This document shows, piece after piece, positions 58,903 to 64,000 of a stretch of DNA of 64,000 nucleotides; within the stretch, counting starts at the first letter, position 1, and each line of letters begins with the position of its first letter. The notes beneath the pieces are model-generated. The model saw nothing but the letters and a program-made list of their open reading frames with translations, had not been told where the DNA came from and made no database searches. The position numbers were made by a program, and so were the translations under genes. Origin of the DNA: Deltaproteobacteria bacterium (GTDB lineage Bacteria > Myxococcota > XYA12-FULL-58-9 > JABJBS01); assembly GCA_018668695.1 (NCBI GenBank), contig JABJBS010000095.1, positions 388 through 64,387 of the forward strand, in the 5' to 3' direction.

Positions 58903-61322
58903 GGAAAAACCTCGTACCACTGCGGCATCAATGCCAACGGTAACTTTGATAACATGCGAATAGATTCTAAATATTCCCAAGCTTTGACTACCGTAGGCTC
59001 TTCTCTACTTGCGCTGACGAAGTCAATCAAGGAGCGTTTGCCTAGAGCGCGCTCAGAAAATTCAACTTCGTACCTATCTTGCTCCAAACCAGCTTGCTTA
59101 GCAGCTTCTTCGATGGCCTCGAGCAGGCCACCAAATTTATCTACAAGCCCCAGCTCAAGCGCTTTACGCCCAGTGTAAACCCGGCCTCCCGCTACTTCCC
59201 GCACCCTCTCAGGCTTCACTTTACGGCCTTGTGCCACTCTATCGATAAATACGTCATAATAGTGTTCCAAAGCCTTTTTCAGAGCCGACCTGCCCTCAGG
59301 GCGTAATGCCATGGTCTCAGAATTCCAATCGGCCTGCTCACCGCGCTTCTCAATCTCTGTGCCTATCCCCAAAAGCTCATAAAGCCCTGATAAATCGGGC
59401 AACAATGCAAACACTCCAATCGAGCCGGTCAGTGAATTGGGTTCTGCAAAAATCGTGTGGGCAGGAGCCGATACGTAGTAACCACCCGAAGCCGCGACTT
59501 GTCCCATCGATACAATCACCGGTTTAACCTGGGCCAAGCGTCGAACCGCTCTCCAAATTCTCTCGGATGCCATGACATCCCCGCCCGGGCTATCGACACG
59601 AAGCACGACGGCGGCCACGCTCAGGTCACTGGCCACTTCCTCTAAAGCTGGAATGATGTTTTCCGCTGCCGCACTTTGTCCGGGCAACGGACTTGCCCCA
59701 GGTTTGCCCACGATTGTTCCTAGAATGGGAATCACCGCGATTCGGTCGGGCGTTCCCCAATGATCATCGGCTCGCTCAAATGAGTCCAACGACCATCCAT
59801 TTGGAATCTTCTGCGGTAATTTCGCGGCTTCCTTCGGAGTGAAGATGCCGTCTGCCAAGCCAGCCGCCACTGCTTCCTCGCCGCTGAAATAGCCTCTTTT
59901 TAAAATCTCATCGACTTTTTCCCCGCTCAATCCGCGGTCGTCAACCATACTGGTCTTTAAAAGGGTGATCGCTTCATCGAGAATTTCGCCCCGTACCTCT
60001 TTGTCTTCGGGCCTGGACTCGGTCCGAGTGAGAGCATCAGGACCTGTCTTATAAGCGCCCACCGCGACTGCATCGAACCGAACACCAACCTTATCCAAAG
60101 CCCCGGCAAAGTAGCGTGCGGTCACACTGAATCCATCCAGCAATAGAATACTCACGGGATCTACTTTGATGCTTGATGCGGCCATCGCGACCAAATAACT
60201 TTTTTCGTCCCCACCACTTAAGTAGGCGGTGACGGTCTTGCCAGATTTGCGAATTCTTTTAATACCGGCTCGCAGCTCTTCAACCCCAGCCAGGCCCATA
60301 TTTAAATCCGAGACGCCGATGATAACATCCTGAACCGAGTCATTGCCGGCAATCTTAGCCAGTCGAAGTGCCAATGTTGATACGGATTCACCTCTACCCA
60401 AAAACGTAGTCGCTTCTCGCCGCGTTGTTCCCGCTGCCCATACCTTGGCGCGTTTCGAACTGAGTTCCAGGCCGGGCTCTCCTTTTTCCTTAAAGGTCAG
60501 AGCCCAGTGGGTTCTATCCACCCCAGCTTCCGTTCCAAGGGTATCAATATCGTCTACACCTGCGGAAAACTCTGCCTCTAGCCCGGAGCCACCCAAGTTC
60601 GTATTGAGACCAAAGCCTGCCCACACCTGATGGCTTCCATCTTTTTGGTATTGCCAAGCAAGGCTCGTATAGACGCCTTGCCAGATCTCTGCCTGCACAT
60701 AGGTCGAAACGTCGGTTAAAAAAGTCTTTTCGAACGTGCGCCCAGGTTTACGTAAAAACCGCACACTTGAACCCACCGTGAGCCAAGGGGCTCCTCCCAA
60801 CGGGCGAATACCTAAACCCAGTCCATACACCGAGCCGAGTATGCCATCGCCAAAATCCGGTTCATTCAAGCGTTGACCAAAAATCGATATCGCAAGCCAG
60901 CGCCAAGGTTCTGCGTAGAGACCCACATCAACCGAAATCGTATCCGTTCCATCAATCTCAAACCGTCTCCAGGCCGTACCGAGAGACAGCCGCTCACCCA
61001 GCCGAAGCGCCAAGGCAAAAGTTGAACGCTCGTACCCCACACCATCGGGAACCGGGACCCAGTCGTAGCCAAATGCAATGGTAAGACTCTCCCAGGGCAC
61101 AACAAATGCTAAACTGGTTGCTGCCTGCGTTTCTTGGCCGCCAAGCATACGACCCGACAAGCGAAACTCTAAGCCCTGAGCAATGCCTGCTGCTCCTGCA
61201 TCCCATCCGAGAGCCGCGGCTCCTCGGCGAGTTCCGGAAACTTCTGTGGCCGCGACGAAATCATCAGGCTGAGGCAGAGTAGAGGCGACAAGTAAGGTCA
61301 GTGATACGAGAAATGTGTTCAT
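58899..61322 (-). CDS. sppA: Signal peptide peptidase SppA (tandem S49 domains, 67K type) with an N-terminal ~280-aa beta-rich extension
   Basis: Two S49 ClpP-fold domains (…VLRVDSPGG…, …SMGQVAASGGYYVS…); N-terminal domain with alternating aromatic/Gly beta-strand pattern. Confidence 0.75.
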   Translation of the reverse strand: MNTFLVSLTLLVASTLPQPDDFVAATEVSGTRRGAAALGWDAGAAGIAQGLEFRLSGRMLGGQETQAATSLAFVVPWESLTIAFGYDWVPVPDGVGYERSTFALALRLGERLSLGTAWRRFEIDGTDTISVDVGLYAEPWRWLAISIFGQRLNEPDFGDGILGSVYGLGLGIRPLGGAPWLTVGSSVRFLRKPGRTFEKTFLTDVSTYVQAEIWQGVYTSLAWQYQKDGSHQVWAGFGLNTNLGGSGLEAEFSAGVDDIDTLGTEAGVDRTHWALTFKEKGEPGLELSSKRAKVWAAGTTRREATTFLGRGESVSTLALRLAKIAGNDSVQDVIIGVSDLNMGLAGVEELRAGIKRIRKSGKTVTAYLSGGDEKSYLVAMAASSIKVDPVSILLLDGFSVTARYFAGALDKVGVRFDAVAVGAYKTGPDALTRTESRPEDKEVRGEILDEAITLLKTSMVDDRGLSGEKVDEILKRGYFSGEEAVAAGLADGIFTPKEAAKLPQKIPNGWSLDSFERADDHWGTPDRIAVIPILGTIVGKPGASPLPGQSAAAENIIPALEEVASDLSVAAVVLRVDSPGGDVMASERIWRAVRRLAQVKPVIVSMGQVAASGGYYVSAPAHTIFAEPNSLTGSIGVFALLPDLSGLYELLGIGTEIEKRGEQADWNSETMALRPEGRSALKKALEHYYDVFIDRVAQGRKVKPERVREVAGGRVYTGRKALELGLVDKFGGLLEAIEEAAKQAGLEQDRYEVEFSERALGKRSLIDFVSASREEPTVVKAWEYLESIRMLSKLPLALMPQWYEVFP

Positions 61323-61385
61323 AGCGGCTTTGAACGCTACATGGTTTTGGTTCCAAGTGCTAGCTCTGAATCCGTTGTCCGGAAC

Positions 61386-62090
61386 CTACATCATATCGAG
61401 GTAAACATCCGCGCTGGGTAATCTTTTTCCAATTTGGTGCTGAACCCAATCAATCACCAATCGTTCGAGTTGACGCGCACCTTCTGTGCTTGTGCAAGCG
61501 TGCCCACGAAGTGCCTGTACCACTTCAGGGCCAAAACCACGGGCGCCGCCCTGGACCCGACCCGCTCCAACGACCAAACCTGACTGAAAGTTGAGCGTGT
61601 AGCGCATACTTTCCTCTACCCGCACTCCGCCGGTGTCTGGTAGAATTCCCGCAGCCTGTAAAATAAGAGGATAAGCTTGGCTTGCTGCCAGAGAGTCTTC
61701 TTCACTTAGGTGGTCCAGCCCTTGCCTCACGGCTTCATACATATCTGCCGATTCATGATGCTCTGGAGTTAGAGCTCTCGCGCAATCACAAATCAAACTT
61801 GCACGGCCCAGCAACTCAAAATGACCCCGCAGTGGGAGCCGTAAATTCAAAGCATCTACTGATTTCAAGGTCCAAAGATTGGGACCAGATTGGCTATGGG
61901 TGCGCAGGCCAGAAAATAGGTCGAGGGCTCCCCCGAATCTCTTGCGCGAACGCCTGGCTCCGCGAGCTATCATGCTCACGCGGCCTTCTTCAGCTGTTAG
62001 GAATTCAACAATGCGATCTGATTCACCATAGTTGGTCATCCGAACCACAATCCCGTCGAGTACGGTTTCTGTCCGGGCTGCTCTTACCAA
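61386..62090 (-). CDS. recO: DNA repair protein RecO
   Basis: …LDGIVVRMTNYGESDRIVEFLT…ARGARRSRKRFGGALDLFS… RecO N-terminal OB fold with a Cys-containing C-terminal region. Confidence 0.75.
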   Translation of the reverse strand: MVRAARTETVLDGIVVRMTNYGESDRIVEFLTAEEGRVSMIARGARRSRKRFGGALDLFSGLRTHSQSGPNLWTLKSVDALNLRLPLRGHFELLGRASLICDCARALTPEHHESADMYEAVRQGLDHLSEEDSLAASQAYPLILQAAGILPDTGGVRVEESMRYTLNFQSGLVVGAGRVQGGARGFGPEVVQALRGHACTSTEGARQLERLVIDWVQHQIGKRLPSADVYLDMM

Positions 62091-62117
62091 CTTGAATCCT
62101 TAGGAGGCGATTCTCAA

Positions 62118-62927
62118 CTAGTGTGAGAGTTCCTGCAGGGATGCCTGGCACTGGGCTGCGTAACCCTTTTCGGCATCTTTAAGAGCGCACCGAGACAACA
62201 TGTCACGAGCCTGCTCCACGCGGCCTGTCTTTATCAGGCTCAGCGCAAAATAATACTGCATTTGGTGAATATGGTCTGGCGCTAAGACCGCGCCAACTTC
62301 AGCATCCTGAGCACAATGGCGGTCGAAACGACTGTAGATTTTATCCACGCCTTCGGCGTTGTCTTGGTCGAGCGCGATGCGTGCTAACCATTCATAACCT
62401 CGGCAAAACTTGGGCTGAGTGGCAACTGCATTACGCAGGTGTTTACGCCCTGTTTCGGCCTCTCCCTTTTTATAGTAGGCCCAGCCCATATTACCTTCAG
62501 CGAGAGCCGGAGTACGGTACAAAATGTCACCCAACGCCACCTGAAAAGACTCAATCGCATCGTCGTAGCGGCCCAAATCAATCAGCAACGTACCCAGGTT
62601 GTTGTAGGCTTCAGAAAATGAAGGCTTGTATTTAACGGCCGCTTCATAATGTGTGAGGCTCTCATCGAGATGTTCCAATGCGTGATAAACCATGCCCAGC
62701 GCATTGTGAGCTTCTGGTAAACCTGGATTGAGTTCAACGGTCTTGAGAAGTTCACGCAATGTCTCGCGCAGATCTCCGGTCTTGAAACTCGTAATCGCAA
62801 TGTCGTAGTGGGTTTGTGCAAGAAACTTATTCTTGTCGGTCACCTGACCAGTTGTCGCGCATGCTGTGAGCCAAATTAAGGTGGTCGTAAGCATCGCGGC
62901 CATCATAGGCTGCATCAATTTTTGCAT
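62118..62927 (-). CDS. TPR-repeat lipoprotein (PilW/PilF/Tgl-like?)
   Basis: Lipobox (LTAC); about 5 TPR motifs (…AHNALGMVY…, …AYNNLGTLL…). Confidence 0.45.
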   Translation of the reverse strand: MQKLMQPMMAAMLTTTLIWLTACATTGQVTDKNKFLAQTHYDIAITSFKTGDLRETLRELLKTVELNPGLPEAHNALGMVYHALEHLDESLTHYEAAVKYKPSFSEAYNNLGTLLIDLGRYDDAIESFQVALGDILYRTPALAEGNMGWAYYKKGEAETGRKHLRNAVATQPKFCRGYEWLARIALDQDNAEGVDKIYSRFDRHCAQDAEVGAVLAPDHIHQMQYYFALSLIKTGRVEQARDMLSRCALKDAEKGYAAQCQASLQELSH

Positions 62928-62953
62928 AGCTTCCCTCCAAGCGATTTTTTATT

Positions 62954-63559
62954 CTATTGCGCTGTTAAAACGTACTCGTCATTGAAATCCGATGTCTCAA
63001 GCGCCGTTCGTCGGTAATCTACAAGGGTTCTGGTAATCATCACGTTGCGACCACCAACCTTGCCTTCGCCCACAACAATTCGAAAATAATGCTGCGCAGA
63101 TTGCGAAATCCGTTCACCAGAAGACAAATCCTTCTTTGCACGAAAAATCAGTTTATTGGGCCCGGTTTTCAAATGAGACGTAACTTCAAGAACCGTGTGC
63201 TTCTCATCGTCGAGAAACTTACGGACCCACTTTCCGTTGATAAACAAGTCGATATCAAATTGTGTTTTACTGGGAACTTTTTCAGTCACGACCCAGTAAC
63301 GACGGGTCGGCGGCTGCCCCACTGGGCCAGAAACCTTATCTTGGCCTGGGCTTTTGACCTCGCTCTTGGCACCTTGGACCGCATAACCTTTGGCAGTAAT
63401 ATGCACATTCCCATGGGCATCGATTTCAACGCTAACATTATCAAACTTTTGATTGGTTACGCCGTCGATGCGCGTACCGTTGAGATAGATACTCCCCGCG
63501 AACGCAGGAAGCGCGCCTAGCCACAACAAAAATGTAATAATGATAGATCTCGCCAACAT
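62954..63559 (-). CDS. Hypothetical secreted protein
   Basis: Signal peptide (LWLGALPAFAGS); no family recognised. Confidence 0.4.
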   Translation of the reverse strand: MLARSIIITFLLWLGALPAFAGSIYLNGTRIDGVTNQKFDNVSVEIDAHGNVHITAKGYAVQGAKSEVKSPGQDKVSGPVGQPPTRRYWVVTEKVPSKTQFDIDLFINGKWVRKFLDDEKHTVLEVTSHLKTGPNKLIFRAKKDLSSGERISQSAQHYFRIVVGEGKVGGRNVMITRTLVDYRRTALETSDFNDEYVLTAQ

Positions 63560-64000
63560 GCTGGCAGGCTAAGTCCAGGTGCTCGATCTGTCAAATAAAT
63601 GGCGAAAGATGAGAAAGCTTGCAGCTAAAACTCTTTCATTGACCCAATCACGCACTGGCGCCGCCCTGGATCTAGGAGCTAAGCCTTGCTCAATTTCAGG
63701 TCTAGAGGCTGGGTGGAATCTCAAAAATAAGCACCGCGCAGCTCCATGTCCTTGGTTTCATTGGCATGACCAAGTGATCAAATCACTCAAAGTCCCTGGG
63801 TTTTCGGGATACTTCAGCTCACTCCACCAGGGTTAGCCCCATCTGGGCTGAACGGTAGTCACCGGCCATCCAAAGACCCCAGCTCCTTAAATGCACTGAG
63901 AAGGGGCAGCTCTCACCCCAAAACATTCCCAAACTCCTATTAAATAAGGATTTGATGGTTTGACGGCGGCACCTCCCGCTGGCATAGCGGGTCTTTAATA

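Noticed and set aside
63579-63836. 85-aa plus-strand ORF at the window end
   Set aside because: It has no recognisable features and sits in a region better interpreted as non-coding leader or structured DNA.
1-64000. Mobile elements, CRISPR arrays, restriction-modification systems and other known defence systems
   Set aside because: I scanned both strands for transposase/integrase-like ORFs, terminal inverted repeats, regularly spaced short direct repeats, and nuclease/methylase/helicase clusters. None were found. The only helicase is a housekeeping-type DinG, the only methyltransferases are rRNA/SAM housekeeping types, and the only tandem repeat is the in-frame 12-mer in the cyclophilin.

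Overview
This is a 64 kb window of core chromosome at about 50% GC, densely coding on both strands. I found no rRNA or tRNA genes, transposases or CRISPR arrays. A MYXO-CTERM-like C-terminal sorting signal (Cys, hydrophobic stretch, RRRR) on a secreted protein at 28240..29244 suggests a Myxococcota/Bradymonadia-like deltaproteobacterial lineage; this is an inference from one protein tail. Housekeeping genes read from the translations: yebC-ruvC-ruvA, rimP-nusA-ylxR/L7Ae-infB (infB runs off the 5' edge), PBP4/DacB, a NifS-like cysteine desulfurase, ribA, a 5'-nucleotidase, tandem GAPDH genes, lptF/lptG, a GH3 hydrolase, an M23 peptidase, asd, truA, a standalone FlhA/SctV-family export-gate homolog, a cyclophilin, GH1 with galK, a FadL-like channel, NIF3, rpsI-rplM, rlmE, rsmA, tsaD, thiolase, an LpoA-like lipoprotein, dinG, an M20 peptidase, sppA and recO. 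The most unusual items are these: (1) a GAPDH paralog with an intact NAD fold but the catalytic Cys replaced by Ile, translationally coupled to a canonical gap gene; (2) a single polypeptide fusing a receiver, a PP2C phosphatase and an RsbW-type kinase, next to a STAS antagonist; (3) two overlapping receiver regulators carrying catalytically dead HD-type output domains (HDOD and a degenerate HD-GYP); (4) a Fic-fold protein with a degenerate active-site motif in a slightly AT-richer pocket; (5) an orphan FlhA/SctV gene with no other flagellar or type III secretion genes nearby; (6) a roughly 40-Cys secreted lipoprotein; and (7) SppA with an N-terminal beta-barrel-like extension. Small sequence features include a 12-bp repeat in seven copies inside the cyclophilin linker, a C10 homopolymer inside a hairpin in a 3' UTR, and several Rho-independent terminators.
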